A stretch of DNA of 64,000 nucleotides, from contig NC_057718.1 of the NCBI RefSeq assembly GCF_004010195.1, positions 30,902,902 through 30,966,901 of the forward strand, written 5' to 3'. How positions within the stretch are numbered: the first letter of the stretch is position 1; each line of letters opens with the position of its first letter. The notes beneath the pieces were generated by a model, which made no database searches, was not told where the DNA came from, and saw only the letters and a program-made list of their open reading frames with translations. Position numbers and translations under genes: made by a program. This document shows positions 11,011 through 24,170 of this stretch, one piece after another. The DNA is from Chiloscyllium plagiosum. Its lineage: Eukaryota.

Positions 11011-12149
11011 TTGTTGGTTTATTAATGTAAGTCTGGCTTAAAGTAGTTTTCATAGTGCTCCTGTTTGTAATCTTGTTCAGAAGTAAGTGTATGCCTATCT
11101 TCCTGATACTGTTCAATGGAAAATAGGTTGCAAGTAATCCAAAAGAGTAAAGCCTCACAGAGTTGTTCAAGCCCATGAAGTTGTACTCCAACTACATTTT
11201 GTGTCTTCAAGACAGACAAAATAGGAATTCCTGAAAAATATATAAGCTACATTCTTCCTGTTCCTTTTTGTGTCAACCCACACCTACTTTGTCTTTGGAA
11301 TGAATAACCTAGTTACTGTTAAATTGATAGACTATTGGCCACCAATGTAAATATTAATTTTCTAATCATTCATCCATTGAACGAGTAAAATCATTTAGAC
11401 TGCAACAAAAATCCTTCATCTATCAAACCAGAATAAATGTCATACTTCAGTTTCTTAGAGTGGTCCAAACTGTTAGAAGTAAATATAAATCAGCATGCTT
11501 TCAAATAAGTAAGTCATTGTACTACCATAGTTATCTGTGTGTTCTTCCTCTGTGTATATAAAGGATTGAGAGCACTGGGTTTCACACTTAACAGGAGTGC
11601 ACAGTGAAAATGGAGCAATTATTACCTTCCTAGGGTTTCCTTTATGCATCTCTCATTCATATCGATGACATGAAACAGCAGCATTCATTGCAAGCTTTAG
11701 CAGGGAATCAACAAATCCCATTCTGACCACTCTTCCCCTACTGCCATACACACCATCCAAAAAGATCAAAACCCCTTGCAAAATAATAAAATCTCACCCC
11801 TTGATATATACCTCCTTGTTTAGTTGCATTTATTCAAAAAACATAATTATTCATCTTTATTTAAACATCTTTTTAAACAATGTCAACATTTTTGTTAAAG
11901 TTATCTGGTTAGAGACTAGGAGATGAAAAAGATATGAATCAAATATAATCAAATCTTAAAGGCTCAAATACATTTCCAGTACCTTGTTGTCTTGATCCTA
12001 TTACTTGAGAATATCCATGTGAATTGGATTTTGAAATGTTTACAAGAATCATTTTGGTAATAATACTCAGTCTGAATACAATTGGCTGATATCCAATGGC
12101 TAACAATGTGCTGTTTAGTATTGTGTAGTTTGATTCATTTCATTTCCAT

Positions 12150-13010
12150 GTATTTCAGGTCCCAGATGGAAAGTTGGAATGACTTGTCCTCTAATGGTTT
12201 TTGAAGTAGTTAATGAGGTTCCTTTTGATCACACCATCTGAATGGTCTGTCCCATGTAACTCTGGATTCATCGGAGCCAGAACTTGCCCTCAACTTTGTT
12301 TAAATGTGAGCTCCTCATATCTCACCACATCATAAAGGGTATAGTAAGGCATTAATATGCTGATCATATGACATACAGTAATCTGTAGATCCTCTCCCAG
12401 GCAAAGGAAGTATCTATTCAACAATACAATGGTCCTCTCAATCACTAACTAGACACTGTATTTGCTTCAGTGTTCCCTGTTGCTGTTCAGGTGACTCTGA
12501 TGAAGGTGATTTGTTATGGACGAAGGCAATGATTTGTTTTTCATTTGGGGACCTGACTTTATTCTCCAAAGAGGTCAGGGTGGACTTAGAGATGTAAAGT
12601 GAAGGTGTTGAGCAGTTGATATGTGGGGGAATCCTCTGTTTGTTGTCACATGTTATCAGTATATTGGGGTTGAATGAGTAAAATCATTCCAGTTCATATG
12701 GTCAAGTGGGAGTTTGATTTTGTTCTTAATGCACTATCATGATTATTGACTGGAGCGCAAGAGGCCTGAAACTTTGCCAAAATATACAGTCATGTCTCTC
12801 TGTTGGCTGTGTTGGTAGCATTTATGAATTAGGCTTGTCTCTTGTAAAGGCCATCAATGATCAGATGATCGAGATTTCTTATTGATGTTGCAAGTATCCC
12901 ACTGGTTGTTTTAAATTAGCCTAGAGTTTAGGGCATTCATTGCCTTCTTCAGCACTGAAAGAGCAATACATTCAGTTGAGTGTGGGTGCAAGGCTTCCTG
13001 TGTCGAGTGG
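12150..13010 (-). mobile_element. Highly decayed Penelope-like element (RT end to GIY-YIG)
   Basis: Minus-strand remnants HRKPCTHTQL (compare YRKPTHT) near 12975-13000 and YMGQTI (compare YIGQT) near 12240-12260, in the expected order. Confidence 0.4.
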
Positions 13011-13784
13011 AAAGTATTTTTGAAATACTTATTCTTTCGTGGTATGTGAGTAAAACTGGCATGGTCAGCATTTGTTGACAATTTTGATAGGATTAAGAGT
13101 GTCTGTCTGGTCTGCTTGCATAATTAGGGAGTGTTAGTCCTCTTGTCTTTTAAATTAGTAAATATTAGTAAAAATACTGAGCCTATATGTTCTAGGTAAA
13201 TTAGAAATTGTACCTGTACGTACTAAAAGAATAAAGGATATTAAACTGATTACTGCAGCTAGGTTGTAAAATTTATTTACTATTTGCTGATGTGAGTTTC
13301 ATTCATTCATGCAATTTCATGGAAGCACTGTTTTGTCAGTTAGTTTTTTAAGGGATAATGGCCCAGTTAAAAGGTATTTAACAGGTACTTACTAATTGGA
13401 GAATCTATTCAGATCCAGGAGATGGTTGGTAAGGGATGATTAATATTATATTGTTTCGTGGAGACTTGATGGGGATGGCATTGTTCTGTATGCTACACTA
13501 ATTCAGAGGTAAACACTGCTGGTAGCAAGGGCTGATAATGTATAAAATGCAGTAATGGGTTTCAAAGGTTTGTTTTTAAATTTGGATAGCAAAAAATGTA
13601 CTACAGAACTGCAGCTTTATGAATGAATGAATGAAACCATCTTATAGTAAATAAGGGTTAGTAAAGGGTTATGAATGAATGAATATAGGTGAGTGAGTGA
13701 GTTAACAAAGATACTGTATGACACAATATCTCACAACATGCTCATGAGCTGAATAATTTGGCAGTGCACTTCAGAGGACAAATA

Positions 13785-14030
13785 AATGTCAACTACCTTA
13801 ATTTGGTCTGGAATCACATGTAGGCCAGACTAGATAAGGATCTCAGATTTCCTTCCAAAAAGGACATTAGTGAACCAGTTTTTTTTCACAATATTTGATT
13901 AAACATGGTCACTGTTACTGAAATTAATTTTCAATTCCAGAATTAGTAAGTTAACTTCCACCAGCCATTGTGGTGTGATTTCTCCCTGGTCCTCAGAAAA
14001 TTAGCTTACACGTCTGGACTAGTCTAATGC
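13785..14030 (-). mobile_element. tRNA-derived SINE (shark type), decayed
   Basis: GGTCTGGAATCACATGTAGGCCAGAC..CCTTCC..AAGGACATTAGTGAACCAG core followed by a reverse-oriented tRNA-like head. Confidence 0.6.
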
Positions 14031-14234
14031 TTCGTTGACAAAGCACATCCTTCTGCTCAGAGAGATCCTGATCTGACTCAACCATATATATTCTTTGTGA
14101 GGATGGTAATAGCTGATGGACTGAATCCTGCTTGAATGACATCTGGCTCTTCTTTACACCAGTCAAGAATATCGTAAGGGATTTCTGTCAATCACTGTTC
14201 CCAGATCCCTCAGGCGCCAATGCTTATTTTTAAG

Positions 14235-14608
14235 GAGGGCAGTTAGCTTTATTGGCTGTGTGGTTGGATTATAATGAATGAAGGGCTGATGAAAGACTTT
14301 TGCCCAAAACATCGATTCTCCTGCTCCTCGGATGCTGCCTGACCTGCTGTACTTTTCCAGCACCACACACTCGACTCAAATCTCCAGCATCTGCAGTCCT
14401 CACTTTTGCCTGGCTGGATTGTAATGGAGAGTGACACCAACAATGCGGGTTCAATGCCTTTACCAGCTGAGGTTGCCATGGAGCCGTGCTTTCTCAACCT
14501 TATTCCCTCATTTGTGGCATGGTGACCCTCAAGTTAACTCACCACCACTTGTCTCTCTCTAATGAGAAAGTAGCCCGATGGGCTGCTGGGACTATGACCA
14601 CTTTACCT
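14235..14608 (+). mobile_element. tRNA-derived SINE interrupted by a family A insertion
   Basis: A-box-like AGTTAGCT...TTGG, B-box-like GGGTTCAATGCC, body ..GGTGACCCTCAAGTTAACTCACCACC..GGGACTATGACCACTTTACC. Confidence 0.6.
14277..14410 (+). mobile_element. Penelope-terminal-repeat-derived insertion (family A) with a 16-bp imperfect target-site duplication
   Basis: TGGTTGGATTATAATG (14261-14276) versus TGGCTGGATTGTAATG (14411-14426); contains CTGATGA..(G/A)AAACATC. Confidence 0.85.
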
Positions 14609-15544
14609 TTATCTTATAGTCAAGACTTATTTTTATAAGATTCTGCTACGTGTGCTATTAAACAAATGAACAATACCTAAGCACCTGCATTTTTAGCAAA
14701 CATACAGCTAACCAGAAGTCGTTAACTTGAGCTGACGCCTTAAGCTATAGGCAAGGAGAACAATTCCTACAAATGTACAGGGCTGCAATTAAAAAGCACT
14801 CACCTGCATTTTCAGTATTGCTGCTGATACCTTGAGATAAAATCCACCAAAAAACCAATCTTCAGCAACATTATAGGCAAGAATCATTCTGTAACAAAAA
14901 CAGAAATTGCTGGAAAACGTAGCAGGTCTGGCAGCAGCTGTGAAGAGAATTAACAACTGATCAGACAGAATAAGTAGTAGTGCGATGCTGCGTCAAAAAT
15001 CTTTCTTCATGGTATCAAGCAAAGAGGAGAGAGACCAAATTGGAAACCGTTTACTTATCATTAATACCGCATGACAAAACAGATTAGGGCAAGTGAGAAC
15101 TGTACCTGATAAGGTGATAGGATTCCAGCTGGATAGATATAGCTCGTGTGTGACATGAGACCATATGGGGACAGGGGACTTGGATATCTTTTGATGCACC
15201 ACCATGTCTACACTATGTCATGCAGGGATAAGGAGATGTAGAATGGTCAGGTCAGGAGGAAGAGTATCCAAACAGAAAGTTATTGTAGTGCAGAGGCTTG
15301 CAGTAATGTCATGGAGCTGGTCTTCACAGAGACAAACACATGAAGAGTTGGGCAGAATCATGAAGTGAATGTTAGAAACGTGCAAATAAGCATGTGGGTT
15401 AGACTAAATAGCACTACATGATAGCATTCATAGAACAGTCTTTAATTAATGTAAAAGCAAGGTTGGAGCCCGATGCAACTCTGTTTTCCACATATTGTAG
15501 CATTTAGTCTTAATATACAAGAAACTGTGTTAATATTACAGACA

Positions 15545-16150
15545 ATGTTCCAGGCATCACTATCACCATTCCCGGATAGGTCCAGCCCTACAGGCAGGAC
15601 AAATCAAGCAGAGATGGCAGCACAGTGGGAAGGCATTGTCTTACAATGTTCACAAAATTGACGCCATGAAGCCCCACTACATCAGATCAAACACAGGCAT
15701 GGAAACGTCTTGCTGATTACCACCTACCAATCCCCAACCTGGCTGATGAATTGGTACTTTTCCATGTTGAACACCATTTGGAAGAAGGAGGCAAAGACAC
15801 AAGGATGCATCCTGTGTGGAGCTTTCAATGTTCATCATCAAGAGTGGCTCTGTAGCACCACTACCTAACAAACTTACCAAGTTTTTAAGGATATAGCTGC
15901 TAGCGTGGGTCTACAGCAGGTGTGAAGGACCAACAAGAGAATAATATTTACTCAACCATGTCCTCACCAATCCACCTATTGTGGATGCACCTGCCCATGA
16001 CAATATTGATCTGACAAAGTCGTTGTGAAGATGAAGTCTTGTCTTCACATGGAGGACACACTCCCTTGTGGTGTGCATCATTACCACTGTGCTAAACAAT
16101 GCAGACTTCAAACAGATCCAGCAACTCAAAACTGGGCCTCCATGAGATGC
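15545..16150 (+). mobile_element. L2-like LINE apurinic-endonuclease domain fragment
   Basis: Decayed TIPG..RQD..RDGSTV, HQIKH.HGNVLLITTY, HVEHHLEE, FNVHHQEWL, PTRE..LLNHVLTN, an APE-type endonuclease. Confidence 0.8.
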
Positions 16151-16548
16151 TAAAAAATCCTGACCTGGTATGCATCACCTTTAAACCTTCAGGAAACAAG
16201 ACACACACATTTCCCAGGTGCTACTGAGTTAATCTTGAAGGCATAAAATAACTTGGTGTAGCTTCTAATTAATGGATGGAATCTTCTCACTTTAGCTGAT
16301 CCCTTTGCCCAGTCTAAAAAAGTCATGACAGATTTAAATTGAAGGAAGGAAGAAGCCCCACATCTTCTACCCATCAGGCGTTTAAGAGGACAGCAGTGGG
16401 ACTTTCTCCAAACTGAGAACCCTGCCATAAAGTGTCCTGCCCGCCTCAAGCTGCAGACCAAAACAATACCAAGGTGCAGGTTGTGGCTGTTGGTACAACA
16501 CCTCCAGGACTCCCAGGATCAGGGAGAGGGTTAAAGAGAAGGTACAAT

Positions 16549-16763
16549 GTTAAAAATCACACAACACCAGGTTATAGTCCAACAGGTTTATTTGGAAGCA
16601 TCAGCTTTTGGAACGCTGCTCCTTCATCATGTGGTTGTGCACCTGAGGAAGGAGCAGCGCTCAGAAAGCTAGTGCTTCCGAATAAACCTGTTGGACAAAA
16701 ACCTGGTGTTATGTCATTTTTAACTTTGTCCACCCCATTCCAACACCAGCACCTTCAAATCAT
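16549..16763 (+). mobile_element. Palindromic Penelope-derived short element (family B)
   Basis: 16549-~16633 and ~16640-16724 are imperfect inverted copies; the extra tail TTTGTCCACCCCATTCCAACACCAGCACC follows. Confidence 0.85.
16639..16675 (+). ncRNA. Minimal type I hammerhead ribozyme-like motif (one stem II mismatch)
   Basis: GCAC-CUGAGGA-A-GGAGC-AGC-GCUCA-GAA-AGCU-A-GUGC: helix I GCAC/GUGC, CUGANGA and GAAA core, palindromic AGCU helix III. Confidence 0.55.
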
Positions 16764-18104
16764 TAGGAAAAGGTAGGCTTTTTTTGGGAGGGATTCTCAT
16801 GAGCTGCATGTCACAAAAGAGAGGAGGACCCAAGGGGATCAGAAACAAGGGCAGGGGATATGGCTGTCAGTGACTGCTCCCCTTTTCCACATCCATGCCT
16901 TCAGGCATGTTATGAATTAGCACAGAACAATGTTTCCATCCACCCCACACAGAATGCTTCCAGCGGATTTGCTATCTTCAAAGTTTAACCCACATATCAG
17001 TAGGTCCAGCTGGAGCTAAGAAAATTGCAGCCAAAGTGGGAAAAAACCTTTAGGTAGTCATTAATTGATCTTAAGTGGAATGGCATTGGGAAGTTCAACC
17101 AGTGGTCTTCCCACAAGAATGACTGGTAAAGGCAGGATGATAGTGCTGGTCCTGAAGCTAACCCATCTAATTGTCAAGCCCTTTCACTTCCCCCTTCAGG
17201 TCTTATGGCAATGAAAGGTTCTGCCTGATGAGTAGTAATGGCATGCACATGCACGGCGAATAGGATCACCCACTGGGTAGTGTGAGAGCCACTCCAGCAA
17301 TAACATGCTGCTCACTGAATTTCTCAGTCAACCTGAGGTCAGATTTTGACTTCTACCCAATGAGGTCCAAATGCTCTCCCTGATTCCTGCTCTTACAGGT
17401 GTCATTAATTATTACCTTCTATGTCGGTGTTGTAAAATAGGCTTTCTCATCTTCTTGGGGCATGGGGTTAAAGGACAAATCCCATCACTGAAGAACTGGT
17501 CACATATACAGTAATTCACTAGACTGGTAGGTCAGACATCAACAATGCTCAGTCACAGCTGAGAGTGTATCTATATTTTTAAATGTTTATCTATGAGGAA
17601 GCTGCATCCTCTGCAACAAAGCATAAAATGCTTGTCAGGCTGGACCAACACATACACTGTTCCCAATCCAGCAGGAATGGTTTAGAAACTGGACATTTAG
17701 AAAATCACCATTGATTTCATGAAATGCCAAACCAATTACACAGTCCATGATTTAAAAGTCGAAGAACTTCTATACAATTGAAAAATCCACTGTCTACCAT
17801 CAAGTATGATGGTTGCATGATGCATGTCATGTGAGTTGTTCAAGTGAAAACCAAGCCAATTATAATAGGTTGCAGGAAAGTGAAGAGGAAAATAAAACTG
17901 ACATATAGAGTATAACAGCAGGCTGGAAATTATGGGGGATGCTGAAATAATCGATTACTTCAAAAGGAAATTAGGGTTAAGTTTAGGGTTAGGATGATGG
18001 AAATAGACCTGTAGGACTACAATTGAATTGCTCCAAGATGATCCAGCATGGAATTAATGGAGTGATTGGCCTGCTTTTACATTAAATGACTATGATTCTA
18101 CGCA

Positions 18105-18501
18105 AGATTTGAAGATGCTGGTGTTGGACTGGGGTGTACAAAGTTAAAAATCACACAACACTAGGTTATAGTCCAACAGGTTTATTTGGAAGCACTAGCT
18201 TTCTGAGCGCTTCTCCTTCATCTGGTGGTTGTGGAGCATAAGATCGTAAGGCATTGAATTTGTAGCAAAGATTTACAGTGTGATGTAACTGAAAGAACTG
18301 AAACCAACATGTTCATTCTAAAACAGTCCAGGTCTTTTTCAATATACTATTTCAGTTACTTCACACTGTACACTTTTGCTATATATTCTGTGTCTTACGA
18401 TCCTATACTCCAGAACCACCTGATGAAGGAGCCGCACTCCAAAAGCTAGTGCTTCCAAATAAACTTGTTGGACTATAACCTGCTGTTGTGTGATTTTTAA
18501 C
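18105..18501 (-). mobile_element. Longer palindromic family B Penelope-derived element
   Basis: ~18142-18295 and ~18350-18500 are imperfect inverted arms with the same sequence as 16549-16763. CCTGATGAAGGAGCCGCACTCCAAAAGCTAGTG at ~18419-18451. Confidence 0.85.
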
Positions 18502-19399
18502 ATCATTCTAGATAGACACTTGTCCCATTGCCAGTTTAAGGTTTAATGAAGGTGATATTTACAGGTAGGAGGCATCAGGCACAAGTAGCAATGCCGCTGC
18601 CTTCCTGTCACAACTCAATTGAGTTTGTGGGTGAAAAGCTGGAAGATGACCGCCCACCCATTGAGGCCTTTAGCAAAAAAATTCATACTCATTCAGCCTG
18701 TGCTGCAGTCTCTCATGGAAGAATTTTTTTTTTAATCTACAGCACAAATCGTATAAATTAAATTTGTTTGTTAAATATAGGGAATAATTTTCTAATCATT
18801 CGGAAAGCTGAAATACCATCGATAATAAATTTCAGAATATTATTCTTATAGGATTTACTATGGTGTTGCAGAACTGCAATTGTTAAGGGCAACTACAAGG
18901 TTTTGAAACATACTGGGGATATGAAGTGTAGTCTAGATGACAGTCTCCAAAGCATTGCTGAAACAAGAGAGACTATTCAGGATTGCCACAGATTTCAGAA
19001 TTCCCTTTAACAGTCTGATGTATGGTTTTAATTTACTAAGGCCACAGCTGAGAGAGAGAAGCAACCATATAGCGGCAGGAGTTTAATATCCTAATGCTTT
19101 GCTTTTGGGCTAGTCACAGATGCTGCCATTATTAATCAAGAGGCGATTATTATGTGACTTGTTATTAATCACAGAATACTTTGTTATGAGAATTCATAAC
19201 AGTATAACAATTTTAATAGAAAATGGTGAGCTATGTATTTGAGATGTCAGCACTAATGGGGCCAAGTGTCCTTTTTTCTCTCAGAATTATGTTTTTTTTC
19301 ATACCTTTCACTGCATTTTGTAAAATAATAAATGGGTGACTTGAAGACAATCTGCTATGCAATATTGTGAATGTTCAATGCATGTAACAAAATAATTCA

Positions 19400-19560
19400 A
19401 AGTTTTGTTGGATCAAACACCTGGAATTCCCTAATCCAATTGTTAGTTGACCAACAGCACATGGACTGAAGGGAGCTCACCACCACCTGCTTAACTAGGG
19501 ACAGGTAATAAATGATGACCCAGCCAGGGATGCCCACAACCCATGAATGCATTAAAAAAA
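19400..19560 (+). mobile_element. L2-like LINE 3' terminus
   Basis: CTGGAATTCCCT..GCTCACCACCACCT..AATAAATG..GATGCCCACAACCCATGAATG-A(n). Confidence 0.7.
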
Positions 19561-19904
19561 GTTTCAAGCATAACATAAACACCATTAAAAGCTTGTTGGT
19601 TCTGATGTGTGCTCCTATTGGAATGGTGAGTTTGTGTTACTTGTAAGACTTAAGAAGTAAGCCTCTCATGAGGTAGATAGTGGTGCAACTTCTTTTGATT
19701 TGTCAGATCCTTTTCCACAAAATGTTTACTTGGACAATCCAATACAATGCAAACTCTCTAACTTAAATTGATTTGGACTCTGAAAGAAAAACATTTCTTC
19801 AGTTTGAACTGCTGGTTTCTTGTTCCAAATAAAAATGTTTTAAATTAGTTTATGTATTTATTCACTTAGGTCTTGTTTTGAAAATGTCTATTAAAAAAAC
19901 CTTG

Positions 19905-20412
19905 GCACTTACCAAGATCTGAGCATCTCCTCTTAGGATGGATTAATGGCCTTGGAGGAAGTACGACATAAGTTTACAAGAATGATACCTGGACTTTAGG
20001 ACTTAAGTTAGAAAGGAAGAATATACAACTTCATTTTCTCTAGAATCTTGAAGGTTAGGGGTGACCTGATCAAAGTCTTCAAGTATTTAAAGGAAAAGAT
20101 AAATTAGTTTGACTGGTTGGGGATTCTAGACCTACGGGGCTAGTCTACAAACCAGGGCCAGACTGTTCAGAGAGATATTAGGAAACACTTCTATACAGAA
20201 AGGATAATAGAAGTTTGGAATTCTCTTCCATAAATGGTAGTTCATGCTAGATCAGTTGTTGATTTTAAATCTGAGACAGAGAACTTCCTGTTAAGTAAAA
20301 GTATTAAAAGACCTTGGCCAGTGGCAGGTGTATGGAGTTAGGCACAGATCAGCCATGAACTAATTGAATTAGGCTCAAGGGACTGAATGACATCCTGCTG
20401 TTCCTATGTTCC
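19905..20412 (+). mobile_element. Decayed CR1 3' fragment
   Basis: ..KFTRMIPGL..GDLIKVFK..RKHFYTERI.EVWNSLP.., tail TGTTCCTATGTTCC. Confidence 0.8.
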
Positions 20413-20584
20413 ATTAAAATATTGCATTCTTTGTAAATATATCTGTGATGGCAACTATGGCAATGAGTGACCATTTCAAGGTATTAAGTCTATTGCATTA
20501 AATAGTTTTAGAAATCAATAGCTGTTAAGATATAACTTGAAGTGAAGCTTAACATATGTTGACATGCTTTTGGCAGCATCATAA

Positions 20585-21985
20585 AAAACCCCAGTGGATT
20601 GGAAAACTACCAATTTAGCATCCTTATCCAAAAATGGATGGACATTCCAACAAATACAGGTATCTGTAGGGCACTTGGCTAATCATCAATCATTTAGAAA
20701 ATGCTAGAGTCTATTATAAAAGATTTAATAGCAGGGCATAATAAAATCAACAAAGTCATCACGGCTTCATGAAGGAGAAATCATGCCCGACACATTTCTC
20801 ACAATTCTTTGAGAGGGTAACAAACAGGATAGATAAACAGGAACCAGCAAATATAATATATTTGGATTCTCAAAAGGTGTTTGATAAGGTACCACACTTA
20901 AGTTTACTTAATAAGAGCCCATTTGTTGGGAGTAATATATTACTGTTGGTAGAGAATTGGCTAATTACTACAAGACACAAAGTTGGAATTATGGGGGCAT
21001 TTTCAAGTCAGCAACCATTATCTGTTAGAGTGTGCAATAGGAATCAGTATTGGTGGATCCACAATTATTTACAATATATATATTAATAATTTGAATGACT
21101 GATGTGAATGCACTATCATCAAATTTGCAGAAAGCACAAAAATGGGTGATAAGGCAAATATTGAGGATGATACAATGAGTCTACAGAGGGATGTAGACAG
21201 GCTAAGTGTGGGAAATAAGAAGCCATGCACTTTGGCGGGAAAAATAAATGAACAAAATATTATTTAAATGAGAAAGAGTACAGAAAGCTGCAGTACAGAG
21301 ACGCTTGTGTGTCTTTGTGCATGAATCACAAAAAGCTGCAAACAGGTTTAGCAGATATTGGGAAGACAAATACAATGCAGGCCTTTATTTCAAATGGAAT
21401 AGAGTATAAAAAGTGGCAGGTCTTGCAAAAACTATCCAAGGCTGTAGTCAGACCACAACTGGAATGCTTTGTCCCCTTATCCATGGAATGATATACTGAC
21501 ATTGGAAACAATTCAGTGAATATTCATTAGGATGATTCCAGGTATGGAAAGATTTTCTTATGAGGCAAGGTTGAGTAGGTTATGCTTGTACTCATTGGAA
21601 ATCAGAAAAATCAGACATCTTATTGAAACAGAAAATTATTAACGGGCTTGGCAGAGAGATTCTGTGGGAGAGACTAGAATCAGAGGTCATAATATCAGAG
21701 TGATTACTCACCTTTTTAAGACAAGGATGAGGAGGATTTTCTTTTCTCAGAGGGTAGTTAGTCTGTAAAATTATTTTCCACATAGGGCTATCAGGTTAGG
21801 CTGTTAAGTACATTCAAGCTGAGATAGACAGATTTTTTTTAAGCATTGAGGGAATCAAGAGTTATGGAAAAAAACAGGAGAGCAGGGTTAAGGATTATCA
21901 CGTCAGCCATTATCTCATTGAATGGCACAATAGACTTGATGGGCCGAATAGCCTAAATATGCTCCTAGGCATTACGATCTTATTT
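20585..21985 (+). mobile_element. Decayed CR1 (RT to 3' end)
   Basis: ORF 20769-21086 contains IIYLDSQKVFDKVPH; downstream VRPQLEC and a CR1 3' UTR. Confidence 0.85.
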
Positions 21986-23021
21986 CAAAATTTCTTAGTT
22001 TGATTAAAAAGTATTTCATGCTGAAATTCTGAAAATAAACACAGGAAAAGTTGGAAATATTCAGTAATTCAGGTGGCATAAGTGGTAAAACAATCATTCA
22101 GCCCATGTTTTATGACTAAGACCCTTAAGACTGTGAAGTGCTTGGTGGAGAACAGGAGATTATTAAATGGCAGAAGTGATAACAGCAGACAAATGAAGTC
22201 ATAATGAGAAAATTTAAAGAAATAAATTACACATGTTTTATTTGACCATGTTTTGGAGAAATGTCAAATGCCCAGTTGAGATAGCTTAGAGATTGTTTTG
22301 TTGCAGCAAAGATAAATTATAGATAGCATCTCATTTTAATGGAAGTTGATCTAATGCAGAGAGTAAAAAGAACAGTGTGTCGCTTTAATATGACATTTGC
22401 GCGTATTAAACTCGATAGCTTGGTGAACGAGGTGATGCACTGTATACCATTTAGAGTGTGAGCTTAATCCAAGGAAAGGGAATTAACATTTGTGACTGAT
22501 TCAATGTGTCATGCAGAGCAAAATATGCAATAATGCATGATTCTACTGATAAGAACTAATATTTGGAGTTTAACATGTAATTCAGAACCTCTATAATCTA
22601 ACTAAAATAAAATGTAATCCCCAGAATATGATTTGGTATCTTCAAAAATCATAATTTCTAATTTACAGATTAATCTTAATAGAAGATTATTCACCACCTT
22701 ATTCAGCCAAACACCTGAATAAAATTTTAGACAAAATCTAAAACAATATTTATCGAGCGAATTAGACTGTAAGTGTCTCTTTAAAAATTGCTGAAATTAA
22801 TTCTTAATATTTTTTCTAATCCTTTGGAAATCTTTTTGTTTACAATATATGGTATTAGCATTACTGCTGGAATTAGTTGAGAGAATTTAGTTTGTCCAAT
22901 AAAGTGATGAAGTGTGAGTTAACACCTTGGGACCACCAATATTATTTGTTTGATTCTGCTGTTAGTTCTATAATAAAATTACATAAAATATATATCAATG
23001 CTCCTGTGGATTCTCCCATAG

Positions 23022-23310
23022 AGTTGCTGGCTGTCTGTGTGGTGTTTGCAGAATCTGCCCATGTCTGCATGGGTTTCCTCCCACAATCCAAAGAGTGCAG
23101 GTTAGGTGGATTGGCCATGATGAATTGCCCTGTAGTGTCCAGGAATGTGCAGGCTAGGTGGATTAGGTGATTTGGTGGATTAATCCTGATAAATGCAGGG
23201 TTATGGGATAGGGTAGGAAGTTGGTTCTGAGTGTGATGCTCTTCAGAGGGTCCATACAGACTTGATGGGCCAAATGGCTTCTTTCAGCACTGCAGGGATT
23301 CTATTATTCT
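23022..23310 (+). mobile_element. HE1/V-SINE (5' head missing)
   Basis: V-domain CTGTCTGTGTGGTGTTTGCA..GGTTTCCTCCCACAATCCAAAGA.GTGCAGGTTAGGTGGATTGGCCATG, then a CR1-like tail GATGGGCCAAATGGC..GGGATTCTA. Confidence 0.85.
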
Positions 23311-23689
23311 GTTCCAGAAAAGTGCAATTGAATGCAGTTGAGCCTCTGCAGTTTGCAAAGCACTATTTGAAATTAAGTTTATGTTAATCAGATTATTGAT
23401 GATATTTGGGGAATACTGCACAGGTTGTTGATCACGAAAATATTCATGTGTTGGATGGAGTGAGTGGTCAGTGCACACAGAAGAAAAGAAAACATCAGAC
23501 TCTGGTATGTATACAGTATTCAGCAACAAAGCTCCTTCATCAATTTTAGCCTTACAGAGGCACCATCTCATTTGCAATGCCATTGTTGACCTTGAGATTG
23601 CTATTGTGAAGAAATCATTAATCTTACAAGAACAGCAAAAATATGTAGTACATATTGCATCAAATTACAGAGCAACCCATGACCTGCTG

Positions 23690-24130
23690 AGCCATGGATA
23701 GTGGATATGTGGCTGAACATACCCAGATGCATGATGAGAATTCCATTACACTACTGACAAATCTTGTAATGGTGAAGAAGCATTGAATAATACAGAAATG
23801 AGCTGCTCATTGAAGAGTACCTTCTGACTTGCTCTTGTACATGTATTATTGTTAGAACTATTCCAGTTAAGTCTCTGGTCAATGGTAACCCTAAGATCTT
23901 GATGGTGGGGAGACAGCAATATTTGTGCCCATGGAAGTCAGAGAAAAATGTCTGGGTTCTTCCTTCTCCAAAGTAGCCTTTACCTGTGACTTGTTAAGCA
24001 TTACTGGTACCTTGCACTTTTCACCTCAAGACTGGATGTGGTTCAATTCCTGCTATAGGTAAAATCAATGAAGAAATTGTTAATGAAGCTGAGAAGAATG
24101 GAATCATCACAAAATACCCCAGTCTTAACC
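23690..24130 (-). mobile_element. Very decayed L2-like LINE RT fragment
   Basis: TTAAGTCTCTGGTCAATGGTAACCC..GATGGTGGGGAGAC..CACTTTTCACCTCAAGACTGGATG resembles the antisense RT region of the L2-like family. Confidence 0.45.
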
Positions 24131-24170
24131 TAGCGATAGAATAATTCTTTGATGCATCAGTTGAAGCTAC

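Noticed and set aside
11555..11633. TATATAAAG followed by a good-context ATG at 11610
   Set aside because: The ORF stops after 7 codons and there is no other promoter support.
17600..17735. Possible LTR-retroelement integrase remnant (..IDF.EMP-like)
   Set aside because: Needs frameshifts, rests on only a few residues, and no LTRs are seen.
17971..17993. TTAGGG-like interstitial telomeric motif
   Set aside because: Only two perfect units plus degenerate ones inside a decayed CR1 tail; too short to call.
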